A stretch of DNA of 64,000 nt from an uncultured Helicobacter sp. Its GTDB lineage: Bacteria; Campylobacterota; Campylobacteria; Campylobacterales; UBA6016. The stretch is taken from assembly GCA_964568395.1 (NCBI GenBank), contig CAZMPN010000009.1:7075-71074 (forward strand), in the 5' to 3' direction. The stretch's first letter is position 1; each line of letters begins with the position of its first letter. Of this stretch, positions 35,106-43,801 are shown piece by piece. The notes below the pieces were generated by a model, which saw only the letters and a list, made by a program, of their open reading frames with translations, was not told the DNA's origin and ran no database searches. The position numbers and the translations under genes were made by a program.

Positions 35106-35780
35106 TCATAGTGGTATTTTTTCTCTTATGATATTTAAAAATTCTTTTCTGTCTATCTCTATGGCACCCATCGATGCCAGGTGCGGGGTGTATTGCTGGC
35201 AGTCTATTATCTCGATGCCTAAGCCCTTTGCGTTGGCGCATAAAAAGGAGAGCGCCGCCTTTGACGCGTCGGGGGCTTTATAAAACATGGATTCCCCAAA
35301 AAACACACCTCCTAGCTTGACCCCGTAAAATCCGCCGACCAACTCTCCATCCCGATAACACTCAACGCTTTGGGCAAACCCTATCTGGTGGAGTTTGACG
35401 TACGCCTCTATGAAGGCTTCGCTTATCCATGTGCCGCCTGTATCTTTTCTGGTTTCTCCGGCGGCGCACGCTTCTATGACGCCCCTGAAGTTTTTATTTA
35501 TACAAAACTCGAAGTTCTGTTTTTTTATGCTCTTTCTTAGGCTCTTGTGTAGCCTAAAATCGTGTGGATATAGTACGGCTCTCGGATTAGGCGAATACCA
35601 AAAGATGAAGCCTCTGTCCATGAACCACGGGAATATCCCGTTCGAGTATGCGCTTAGAAGCCTGCCGGGCTCAAGATCGCCGCCTACGGCTACCAGTCCG
35701 TCCTCGTCGGCGCTCTCTGGATCAGGAAAGACGTACGTATGCTGGCAAAAAGAGCCAAACGGGGCGTCCAAAAACGTCAT
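35106..35780 (-). CDS. aat: Leucyl/phenylalanyl-tRNA--protein transferase
   Basis: 224 aa. GLVAVGGDLEPGRLLSAYSNGIFPW...WYSPNPRAVL...GESMF are Aat motifs. Confidence 0.9.
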   Translation of the reverse strand: MTFLDAPFGSFCQHTYVFPDPESADEDGLVAVGGDLEPGRLLSAYSNGIFPWFMDRGFIFWYSPNPRAVLYPHDFRLHKSLRKSIKKQNFEFCINKNFRGVIEACAAGETRKDTGGTWISEAFIEAYVKLHQIGFAQSVECYRDGELVGGFYGVKLGGVFFGESMFYKAPDASKAALSFLCANAKGLGIEIIDCQQYTPHLASMGAIEIDRKEFLNIIREKIPL

Positions 35781-37969
35781 ATCCTAAACTCTAGACTTCC
35801 CTTTTTAAATCCTACGCTTACCTTGCCGCCTTTGGTTAGTTTGCCAAACAGCAGCTCGTCTATGAGCGCGTCTTTTACTTCACGTTCTATGAGCCCGCCT
35901 AGAGGCCTTGCTCCCATTTTCGGGTCGTATCCTTTCTCGGCAAGATACTCTTTTGCTTTTTTGTCGAAAGTTATCTCGACGTTCTTTTGTTTTAGGAACA
36001 AAGAGAGCTCCAGCAACATCTTGTCGACGACTTTTATCATCGTCTCGCGAGAGAGCGGCGCGAAATTTATCGTAGCCGTCAGACGGTTTCTAAACTCCGG
36101 CGTAAAGAAGTTTTTGACCGCCTCGTCGCTTCTGGCGGATTCGTCCGGGGCGAAGCCCATGACGGGAGCTTCGCTGCTTCCGAGGTTGCTCGTCATGATA
36201 AGTATGACGTTTCTAAAGTCGGCCTTCATGCCGGTATTGTCTGTCAAGGAGGCGTTATCCATGATTTGCAGCAGGATGTTCGCTATATCCGGGTGGGCTT
36301 TTTCTATCTCGTCCAGAAGCACTACGCAGTAAGGGTTCTTGCGTACCGCTTCGGTCAGTAGGCCGCCCTGTTCGAAGCCTACATATCCCGGAGGCGCGCC
36401 GACTAGCCTGGAGACGGCGTGTTTTTCCATATATTCGCTCATATCGTAGCGCTCAAAGTGGATTCCGAGCGTAGAGGAGAGTTGTTTGCACACCTCAGTC
36501 TTACCGACGCCGGTAGGCCCCGTGAACAAAAACGAGCCGATAGGCTTATCCGCTCTGCTTAGTCCCGCTTTCGAGCGTTTGATCGCTTTTACGACCTCTT
36601 CGATAGCCTTGTCTTGTCCGAAGACTACGCCTTTTAGGTCTTTTTCCAGCTCCCTTAGGCTCTCAAGCTCGTTTTTCTCCATCGATTTTAGAGGTATCTT
36701 CGTAATTTTCGAGATTATCTTCTCTATATCTATCTCTTTTACCGTCCGCTTCTGTTTCGCGGCAGGCAGCAGCCTGAACGCCGCGCCGGCTTCGTCTATC
36801 GCGTCTATCGCTTTGTCCGGGAGTTTTTTGTCTTTTATATATTTGTTTGTCAGGTCTACCGCCGCTTTTAACGCTTCAGGGGAGTACTTGACGTTGTGGA
36901 ACTCCTCGTATCTCTTTTTTAATCCCTCTATTATCTGGTAGCTCTCTTCGATGCTAGGTTCGTTTACGTCTATCTTCTGAAATCTTCGCCCGAGCGCGCG
37001 GTCTTTTTCGAAGCTTGATTTGTATTCGGCGAACGTCGTAGCCCCGATACATCTTAGTTTTCCGCTGCCGAGCGCCGGTTTTAGCAGGTTTGCCGCGTCC
37101 ATCGAGCTGCCGTTCGCGCTTCCGGCGCCCACTATCATGTGGATTTCGTCTATGAAGAGGATCACGTTCTCCTCTTTTTCAAGTTCGGCCAGCACCCCCT
37201 TGAGCCTCTTTTCAAAATCGCCCCTATATTTCGTGCCGGCTACGAGCGAGCCCACATCCAGGGCGAATATCTTCGCGCCTTTGAGCGGAGTAGGGACGCT
37301 ATCCTCGGCTATCCTAAGAGCAAGGCCTTCCACGACGGCGGTTTTGCCGACCCCCGGTTCGCCTACCAGGATAGGATTGTTTTTTTTGCGTCTCGAGAGT
37401 ACGAGCGTGGCCCTCTCTATTTCGTCAACCCTGCCGACGACCGGGTCTATGCCGCCCTTTTTTGCCTGTTCTACCAGTTCCGTCGTAAATTCGTTCAGAT
37501 ATGATTTCTTTTCGGCTTGTTTTTTTTGCGTCTGGGTATTATCGGGCGTGAAGTTCGTAACCGCCTCCAGTACGTCCACCTTTTCGACGCCGTAGGACTT
37601 GATTAGCATTACGCCAAAACTTCCCTCTTCGTCGAAAAGCGCCACCAGCAGGTCGTTCTTGTCCGCCTCTTGTTTGCCTGCGCCCTGCACCTGCAAAATC
37701 ATCTTCTGCATTACGCGCTGGAATGCAGCCGTTTGCACCGGCTCTATTTTGAGGTCCTTTGGCATCTTCTCTATTTCGTTATCCAGAAACTCGGAGAGGG
37801 CTATCTTCGTCTCTATCGTGTTTACGCCGACCTCTTGCAGTATCTTGTCTATATTCGCATCTTCCAAAAGAGAGTAGATGAGGTGTTCAACCATGATATA
37901 TTCGTGGTTTCTGCTTCTGGCTTCCCTGAATGCGTTTACGAGGATTATATTTAGTTCTTTGCTTATCAT
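35777..37969 (-). CDS. clpA: ATP-dependent Clp protease ATP-binding subunit ClpA
   Basis: Walker A motifs GEPGVGKT and GPTGVGKT, with a ClpA N-domain. The track ORF extends to 38020, but those 17 codons overlap clpS. ATG 37969 (MISKELNIILVNAF) abuts the clpS stop. Confidence 0.9.
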   Translation of the reverse strand: MISKELNIILVNAFREARSRNHEYIMVEHLIYSLLEDANIDKILQEVGVNTIETKIALSEFLDNEIEKMPKDLKIEPVQTAAFQRVMQKMILQVQGAGKQEADKNDLLVALFDEEGSFGVMLIKSYGVEKVDVLEAVTNFTPDNTQTQKKQAEKKSYLNEFTTELVEQAKKGGIDPVVGRVDEIERATLVLSRRKKNNPILVGEPGVGKTAVVEGLALRIAEDSVPTPLKGAKIFALDVGSLVAGTKYRGDFEKRLKGVLAELEKEENVILFIDEIHMIVGAGSANGSSMDAANLLKPALGSGKLRCIGATTFAEYKSSFEKDRALGRRFQKIDVNEPSIEESYQIIEGLKKRYEEFHNVKYSPEALKAAVDLTNKYIKDKKLPDKAIDAIDEAGAAFRLLPAAKQKRTVKEIDIEKIISKITKIPLKSMEKNELESLRELEKDLKGVVFGQDKAIEEVVKAIKRSKAGLSRADKPIGSFLFTGPTGVGKTEVCKQLSSTLGIHFERYDMSEYMEKHAVSRLVGAPPGYVGFEQGGLLTEAVRKNPYCVVLLDEIEKAHPDIANILLQIMDNASLTDNTGMKADFRNVILIMTSNLGSSEAPVMGFAPDESARSDEAVKNFFTPEFRNRLTATINFAPLSRETMIKVVDKMLLELSLFLKQKNVEITFDKKAKEYLAEKGYDPKMGARPLGGLIEREVKDALIDELLFGKLTKGGKVSVGFKKGSLEFRI

Positions 37970-37970
37970 T

Positions 37971-38276
37971 TTACTCTTCTTCCATTGTGCATCTGAGCGG
38001 AAAACCGTTCGAGCGGGCAAGTTCTATGGTCTCGGCTACTTTCGTCTCGGCTATCTCTTTCGTGTATACGCCGCACACGGCTTTCCCTTTTTCGTGTATC
38101 GTTTGCATAAGGCGTACCGCCTCGGCCTCGCTCTTTCTGAAGATTCCTACCAACACGTCTATGACGAACTCCATCGTCGTATAGTCGTCGTTGTGCATCA
38201 GCACCTTATATCTCTTAGGTCTCTCGACGCCGGATATGGATATCTCTTCGGTCTCTCTTTCGGTTTCAAAGTCCAT
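37971..38276 (-). CDS. clpS: ClpS adaptor protein
   Basis: 101 aa. YKVLMHNDDYTTMEFVIDVLVGIFRKSEAEAVRLMQTIHEKGKAVCG. Confidence 0.9.
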   Translation of the reverse strand: MDFETERETEEISISGVERPKRYKVLMHNDDYTTMEFVIDVLVGIFRKSEAEAVRLMQTIHEKGKAVCGVYTKEIAETKVAETIELARSNGFPLRCTMEEE

Positions 38277-38349
38277 CGGTTTTCTTTGTGGGGATATTTT
38301 TGTAGATTATAAAATGAAAGGTTTTAAGACTCTCTAAGCCGGGAAGGGC

Positions 38350-39231
38350 TTAGAGAGCGAATTCAGGTTTTACGATATTGTGTTTTAGGCCAAGCTCTTC
38401 CGCGCTAAGACCTAGCGCCAGACCTATCATCTGAGGTAGGTGTAGGATAGGCATATGCACGTCTCTGCCAAGCGCTTTGGATGCCGATTTTTGTTTTATA
38501 TCCATATTTAGGTGGCAAAGCGGACAAGGCGTAACGATCATATCCGCGTTGTTGTCCATTGCGTCCATTATTGCGTTGCCAGTCATCTGGATAGCCGCTT
38601 TCGAGGACTGCAGATCCGCATGGAAGCCGCAGCATTTGTTTTTGGACGAATACTCGGTAGCGTTGCCGCCGACCGCGCCGATTACTCTTTCTAGCGAAGT
38701 AGGGTTATACGGATTTTCGTTTCCGTTCGCCTTCTCTTGCACCGCGCCAGGTCTGATGTTGTGGCAGCCGTAGAACGGAGCGATATTGAAGTCGCCGAGC
38801 GGTTTTTCTACCATATCTTCCAGTTTTTCTAGGCCGAAATCTTCGATAAGCACGTATAGAAGATGTCTGACTCTGCTAGTGCCCTTGTATTCTAGGCCTA
38901 CCTCGGAGAGCTTTTCGTTTACTTTTGCTCTGAGCGCGGCATCGGCTTTTAGTTTTTGGTCAGCCATGAGCAGGTTTAGATTGCACGTGTTGCATATAGT
39001 TACCAGGTCAAGACCCAGTTTTTCGGCGTAGCAGATGTTCCTGGCGTTAAGCACCAAAGACAAAAACTCGTCGAAATCTTGCAGGTGGGAGGCGCCGCAG
39101 CACGAAGCCTCTTTTAGTTCGATTAGTTCGATTCCAAGCTTTTTTGCGACCGCTTCAGTCGATTTCATAAGCTCAGGCGTAGAGTTCTTGGCTGTACAAC
39201 CTGTAAAAAGAGCGTATTTTAGTCCTGTCAT
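38350..39231 (-). CDS. CCG-domain (HdrB-like) subunit of a type-E succinate dehydrogenase/fumarate reductase
   Basis: 293 aa. Two Cys-rich CCG motifs (ASCCGASHL, KCCGFHADL). Downstream of sdhA/sdhB-like genes. Confidence 0.8.
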   Translation of the reverse strand: MTGLKYALFTGCTAKNSTPELMKSTEAVAKKLGIELIELKEASCCGASHLQDFDEFLSLVLNARNICYAEKLGLDLVTICNTCNLNLLMADQKLKADAALRAKVNEKLSEVGLEYKGTSRVRHLLYVLIEDFGLEKLEDMVEKPLGDFNIAPFYGCHNIRPGAVQEKANGNENPYNPTSLERVIGAVGGNATEYSSKNKCCGFHADLQSSKAAIQMTGNAIMDAMDNNADMIVTPCPLCHLNMDIKQKSASKALGRDVHMPILHLPQMIGLALGLSAEELGLKHNIVKPEFAL

Positions 39232-39240
39232 ATCTCTATC

Positions 39241-40221
39241 CTAATCAAACTTTTGTGTAGAAGACGACTCTACAAGTGTTTTTATTTCGTCTAGGTTTTC
39301 GCTTTTTGGCATATCCCAAGGAAGCACTATTTTGCCGTGAGTCAGCATATCGAACGCTTCAGGCAGGTGTTTCATGACTCCTATGTTGCCCTCGGAGTAT
39401 CTTACAAGCTCGCCTTCGTCAAGAAGCCCATGCTTCTCTATGGAGTGCTTGAAGCCTACGGCGTGTCTTGTGGCTACGTTGCTTTGGGCCACGCCTTCCG
39501 CGAATATCTGCGTATGCAGCCTTGTGATTTTGCCGATCGGGTCTACGCCTTTTGGACAAACCTGCGCGCACTCGAAGCATTTTACGCAATCCCAAACGCC
39601 TTTACCCATTTCGTTTACTATTTCAAGTCTCTCTTTTTTTGCCGAGTCTCTCTCGTCCGATGTAAATCTGTAAGCCTTTGCGAACGCCGCAGGCCCTATG
39701 TAGTCTTCGTTGTACTGTACGGAAGGACAAGAGTAGTAGCAAGAACCGCACTGGATACAGTAATCGGCTTCGTCTATCCTCTCTGCGCTATGCGGGGATA
39801 CCAGGTTTTCGCTTGTCGGATGTTCTTCGATTTTTGCCTCAAGGTAAGGTTTTACGGCATCGTATTTACCCCAGAAGTCGGCTTTGTCGATAATAAGGTC
39901 TTTGATGGCTCTTTTGATATTTTGCGGCTCGATCGTCAGCTCGGTGCCGAAAATCTCGATCAGCTCAAACAGGTTTTGCTTGCACGCAAGTACGCCTTTT
40001 TGGTTTACTTTTACGGCGCAGCTTCCGCAAATACCGTGTCTGCAGCTTCTTCTGTAGCTAAGAGAGCCGTCTATATCCCACTTGATTCTATTCAGGATGT
40101 CAAGCACGACCTCGTGGCTCTCCACGTTCATTTCATAAGTTTTGTATGCAGGCAAATAATCGGTCTCGGAGTTGAACCTGAAGACCTTGAATGTTACCTT
40201 TTTTGTTTTTGACTCAAACAT
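39241..40221 (-). CDS. sdhB: Succinate dehydrogenase/fumarate reductase iron-sulfur subunit
   Basis: 326 aa. SYRRSCRHGICGSCAVKVN (2Fe-2S), CIQCGSCYYSCP and CVKCFECAQVCP (4Fe-4S/3Fe-4S). Confidence 0.85.
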   Translation of the reverse strand: MFESKTKKVTFKVFRFNSETDYLPAYKTYEMNVESHEVVLDILNRIKWDIDGSLSYRRSCRHGICGSCAVKVNQKGVLACKQNLFELIEIFGTELTIEPQNIKRAIKDLIIDKADFWGKYDAVKPYLEAKIEEHPTSENLVSPHSAERIDEADYCIQCGSCYYSCPSVQYNEDYIGPAAFAKAYRFTSDERDSAKKERLEIVNEMGKGVWDCVKCFECAQVCPKGVDPIGKITRLHTQIFAEGVAQSNVATRHAVGFKHSIEKHGLLDEGELVRYSEGNIGVMKHLPEAFDMLTHGKIVLPWDMPKSENLDEIKTLVESSSTQKFD

Positions 40222-40235
40222 TTTTACGCCTTTAA

Positions 40236-41942
40236 TTAATAACTTCTAGTCTCAGGAGCGAATTTTCCGAGTTTTACCGGAGCTAGTTCCAGCCTGATAT
40301 TTTCATTTTCCATATACGCAAACGTGTGCTTTAGGAAGTTTTCGTCATCTCTTTCGGTATAGTCTTCTCTATAGTGCGCCCCGCGGCTCTCTTTTCTATT
40401 GATTGCGCCCTCTACGATAAACGCCGAGAAGTCAAGCATATGTCCAAGCTCGATGGCTTCTTGGAGTTCCGTGTTGAACGTTTTTGTTTTGTCGCTAATC
40501 GAGATATTTTTGAATCTCTCTCTTAGACCTTTTAGTATCTCTTTTTGCGCCTCAAGCGATTTGTGCGTCCTGAATACGCCGGCATTCAGGGTCATACTCT
40601 CTTGCAGTTCGTTTCTTAGCTTTGTGACCGACTCTTGGCCTTTTGAGTAGAGTATGCCCTCTACTTCGGCTACCGCGGCTTTCGCGTCTTCGGCGTTTGC
40701 GGCTCTAAAAGAGATGTTTCCGACTTCCGCCGCCATCTGCTCTCCTACGTGTCTTCCGAAGAATAGCGCCTCAAGTACGGAGTTCGCTCCGAGTCTGTTT
40801 GCGCCGTGTACGCTTACGCATGCGCATTCGCCGGCCGCATAGAACCCTTCGACCGTCTCATTGATATTTTTCCTAACGTGTCCGTTGATATCGGTCGGAA
40901 TACCGCCCATAGAGTAGTGCGCCGTAGCCTGAATAAGGATCGGCTCTTTTACCATGTCAAGACCCAGGAACGTTATGGCAAGGTCTCTAAGCTCAGGAAG
41001 CTTCGCATTGATGACCTCTTCTCCTAGGTGCGTCAGGTCTATGTATACGGAGTCCTTATTTGGGCCTACGCCTCTACCTTCCATAACCTCTTTCGTAATA
41101 GCCCTGCTCACTACGTCCCTTGAGGCAAGCTCCATTTTTTGAGGGGCGTATTTGCCCATAAATCTTTCGCCGAGGCTGTTGTACAAAAGACCGCCTTCGC
41201 CTCTAGCCGCTTCTGAGATCAGTATTCCCGTGCCGGATAGTCCGGTCGGATGGAATTGTACGAACTCCATATCCTCTAGCGGCAATCCGTGTCTAGCCAC
41301 GATAGATAGACCGTCCCCCGTATTCGCAAGGGCGTTGGAGTTGATTTTGTACGATCTGGCGTATCCGCCCGTCGCGAACATTACGGCCTTGGCGTTAAAC
41401 AGCCTAAATTCCATATCTCTTAGGTTGTACGCTACTACGCCGCTTACCTTGCCGTCTTTGTATACGATGTCGCAAACATACCATTCGTCCAAAAATAGTA
41501 CGCCTTCTCTTCTCGCTTGTTCGTAAATAGTTTGAAGGAGCGTAAGACCCGTTCTGTCTTTTGCGTAGCAAGCCCTAGGTTTGCTTTGCCCTCCGAAAGG
41601 TCTTTGGGCTATTTTGCCGTCTTCCGTTCTCGAGAATACGGCGCCCATCCTCTCTATCCATCTGATGGTTTCAGGGGCTTTTTTGCACATAAGCTCGATG
41701 GCGTCTTGGTCGCCGATATAATCGCTACCCTTTACCGTATCGAACTCGTGGAGAGAAGTATCCTCCTCGTTTAGTGCGGCATTGATACCGCCTTGCGCTG
41801 CACCCGAGTGGCTTCTGAGCGGGTGAAGCTTTGTTAGCACTACCGTCTTTAGGCCGGCTTTTTGACACTCCCTTGCCGCTGCGCATCCGGCAAGTCCCGC
41901 ACCTACTATGACGACGTCATGTTTTTCGATTTTTATATCCAT
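40236..41942 (-). CDS. sdhA: Succinate dehydrogenase/fumarate reductase flavoprotein subunit (no signal/TAT peptide)
   Basis: 568 aa. [15 protein letters not shown] dinucleotide fold, [10 protein letters not shown] covalent-FAD His, [14 protein letters not shown]. The N-terminus MDIKIEKHD lacks a twin-arginine leader. Confidence 0.9.
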   Translation of the reverse strand: MDIKIEKHDVVIVGAGLAGCAAARECQKAGLKTVVLTKLHPLRSHSGAAQGGINAALNEEDTSLHEFDTVKGSDYIGDQDAIELMCKKAPETIRWIERMGAVFSRTEDGKIAQRPFGGQSKPRACYAKDRTGLTLLQTIYEQARREGVLFLDEWYVCDIVYKDGKVSGVVAYNLRDMEFRLFNAKAVMFATGGYARSYKINSNALANTGDGLSIVARHGLPLEDMEFVQFHPTGLSGTGILISEAARGEGGLLYNSLGERFMGKYAPQKMELASRDVVSRAITKEVMEGRGVGPNKDSVYIDLTHLGEEVINAKLPELRDLAITFLGLDMVKEPILIQATAHYSMGGIPTDINGHVRKNINETVEGFYAAGECACVSVHGANRLGANSVLEALFFGRHVGEQMAAEVGNISFRAANAEDAKAAVAEVEGILYSKGQESVTKLRNELQESMTLNAGVFRTHKSLEAQKEILKGLRERFKNISISDKTKTFNTELQEAIELGHMLDFSAFIVEGAINRKESRGAHYREDYTERDDENFLKHTFAYMENENIRLELAPVKLGKFAPETRSY

Positions 41943-42077
41943 TTAAACCTCTATCCGTTAGCATATTGACAAGCTGTCGTGATTATATCATCTAATATTT
42001 TTAAAATAAGACTAGAAAATGCCTAGTTTTTGGGCCTAATACGTTAATGTTACAAAAACGCACACAGGAATAACGCA

Positions 42078-42899
42078 TTGAATAAAGAAAAATTTTTTAT
42101 AAAGAACATATCAAATTCAAAATATATCGGAGATGACGGGGCGTTTATAGACGGATTCGTGTACTCGCAAGACGCTTTTTTTGAAAACGTGCATTTCAAA
42201 AAAGAGTGGATGAGCTATGAGCAGATTGGTAACAAAGCGATGCTGGCCAACATCTCGGACGCCATATCCATGAACGCCGTGCCGCTCTATGCGCTGATAA
42301 CGGCCGCCATTCCGCCGCATATGTCGCATGAAGATATACTCTCCTTACAAAAAGGGCTCAAAAAAGCGGCAAGAAAATACAATATACAAATAATAGGCGG
42401 CGATACGATAGCAAATATAAAGCTAGACATCTCAATCACGATAATCTCGAAAACCGATAAACCTATATATAGAAAGGGACTCAAAAAAGGGCAGCTGCTC
42501 GCGTACACCGGCAAACTAGGAGACTCCCTGAGGGAGTTGAACGCTCTTTTTGCCGGAGAGAAAATAGCTCCAAACTCCAGGTTTTTTGCGCCGAAATTAA
42601 GACGGGAGTTTATGTATAAAGCCTCGGAATATATGAGTTTTTGTATGGATATCTCGGATGGTCTATTTAAAGAGCTTGAGAGGGTTAGCGAACTAAACCG
42701 TGTCGGATACGAGTTTATAAAAAAAATAGGAAGAGAGCAGGGGTGTAGCGGCGAGGAGTACGAGCTGCTATTTGGTTTTGAAGAAAAAGATCTGCCGAAA
42801 ATAATGGAGTTGTCAAAAAGCACCAAGACGAAAGTGACGGTGTTCGCCAGAGCCGTGAAAGGCTCGTTCATATCTGATTGCAAGGAGTGGCATTTTTAA
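42078..42899 (+). CDS. thiL: Thiamine-monophosphate kinase
   Basis: 273 aa, TTG start after AGGAA. YIGDDGAFIDG...AMLANISDAISMNA...GGDT are ThiL/AIR-synthase-like motifs. Confidence 0.85.
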   Translation: MNKEKFFIKNISNSKYIGDDGAFIDGFVYSQDAFFENVHFKKEWMSYEQIGNKAMLANISDAISMNAVPLYALITAAIPPHMSHEDILSLQKGLKKAARKYNIQIIGGDTIANIKLDISITIISKTDKPIYRKGLKKGQLLAYTGKLGDSLRELNALFAGEKIAPNSRFFAPKLRREFMYKASEYMSFCMDISDGLFKELERVSELNRVGYEFIKKIGREQGCSGEEYELLFGFEEKDLPKIMELSKSTKTKVTVFARAVKGSFISDCKEWHF

Positions 42900-43315
42900 C
42901 CCTGGCACTCTCTTGCTTTTATGGATGTTTCGTAGGTTTCTTGTTCGTTTTCAAATCTAAATCTATATACGTATACAAGGTCGATCTCTTTTAGCTTCGC
43001 AAGCAGCTTGTTTTTGCACAACATCTCCTTGTTTTTGGCCGTAACCTCTTCCATAAACTCTTTTTTAGCATCTTCATATCGGCGTAGACCGTCTATGAGC
43101 TCCTTTTGCTCCTGCGAATTTCTATCTTGCGGCTTAAGCACGAACATGCTGATTACCCTGTTTTTATCCGCCGTCACGCCTTCGAAAAACATTATTTCGT
43201 TAACGTGCTTTTGTTTCATTATGTTGCCGACGCTTACTATAAGCTCGACTATCGGATCCGTTTGGGCAAATAATATTTGGGCGCACAGGCATACCGCTAT
43301 AGATATTTTTCTCAT
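42896..43315 (-). CDS. Hypothetical secreted protein (139 aa)
   Basis: Signal peptide MRKISIAVCLCAQILFA. No family recognised. Shares a single nucleotide (43315) with the yciH stop codon, so it appears translationally coupled to yciH. Confidence 0.6.
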   Translation of the reverse strand: MRKISIAVCLCAQILFAQTDPIVELIVSVGNIMKQKHVNEIMFFEGVTADKNRVISMFVLKPQDRNSQEQKELIDGLRRYEDAKKEFMEEVTAKNKEMLCKNKLLAKLKEIDLVYVYRFRFENEQETYETSIKARECQG

Positions 43316-43662
43316 CAGTTCTTTACCCTAAACCCTTCTTTTTTGAGAAGCTCCCTTAGCCTATCCCTGTGTTCGCCTTGAAACTCCAGCTTGCCGTCTT
43401 TTACCGCTCCGCCGACCGCTAGAGACTTTTTCAGCTTCGTGAGCAGCGCCTTCTCGTCATCTTCCGACATATAGAATACCCCGGCTACGGTGACCGGTTT
43501 GCCGCTTCTTTTTTCCATGGATAGCGCTACCGCGTATTCGTTTTTGGCTCTTGTTTCTCGTTTTTTATCGCATACGCACTCGCTTTGCAGTTCGCCGCAC
43601 TTTTTGCAGACCGTATCTATGGTGTTTAAACTCCCTTGTAACCCCTCTAGTTTAAAGCGCAT
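43315..43662 (-). CDS. yciH: SUI1/YciH-family translation initiation factor-like protein
   Basis: 115 aa with an N-terminal Cys cluster (CKKCGELQSECVC). C-terminal SUI1 fold pattern GKPVTVAGVF...GGAVKDGKLEFQGEHRDRLRELLKKEGF. Confidence 0.8.
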   Translation of the reverse strand: MRFKLEGLQGSLNTIDTVCKKCGELQSECVCDKKRETRAKNEYAVALSMEKRSGKPVTVAGVFYMSEDDEKALLTKLKKSLAVGGAVKDGKLEFQGEHRDRLRELLKKEGFRVKN

Positions 43663-43757
43663 AAAAATCCTTTGAGTAAAAAAGTAACAATATATAGTTT
43701 TTGTGCCAAAAAAAGATTACTTTTTGAAACATAATTATTCTAAAAATATTTAAAAGC

Positions 43758-43771
43758 GGGTAATATTACCC
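43758..43771. promoter_or_regulatory. Perfect 14-bp palindrome upstream of acnB (candidate operator or 5'-UTR hairpin)
   Basis: GGGTAATATTACCC, 31 nt upstream of the acnB ATG, in the divergent yciH/acnB intergenic region. Confidence 0.3.
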
Positions 43772-43801
43772 AAACCAAATAGAAAAAAAGGAGCTTTCAA
43801 A

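Noticed and set aside
35739-36332. 197-aa plus-strand ORF, and similar ORFs at 36486-36941, 37020-37595 and 37878-38312
   Set aside because: All are antisense shadows of aat/clpA/clpS with Ser/Phe-rich low-complexity translations.
37970-38020. N-terminal 17-codon extension of clpA given in the ORF track
   Set aside because: It would overlap the clpS 3' end. The internal ATG 37969 gives the canonical ClpA N-terminus directly after the clpS stop.
39337-40212. 291-aa plus-strand ORF
   Set aside because: It is antisense to sdhB, whose three Fe-S cluster motifs are read clearly on the minus strand. This is a shadow ORF.
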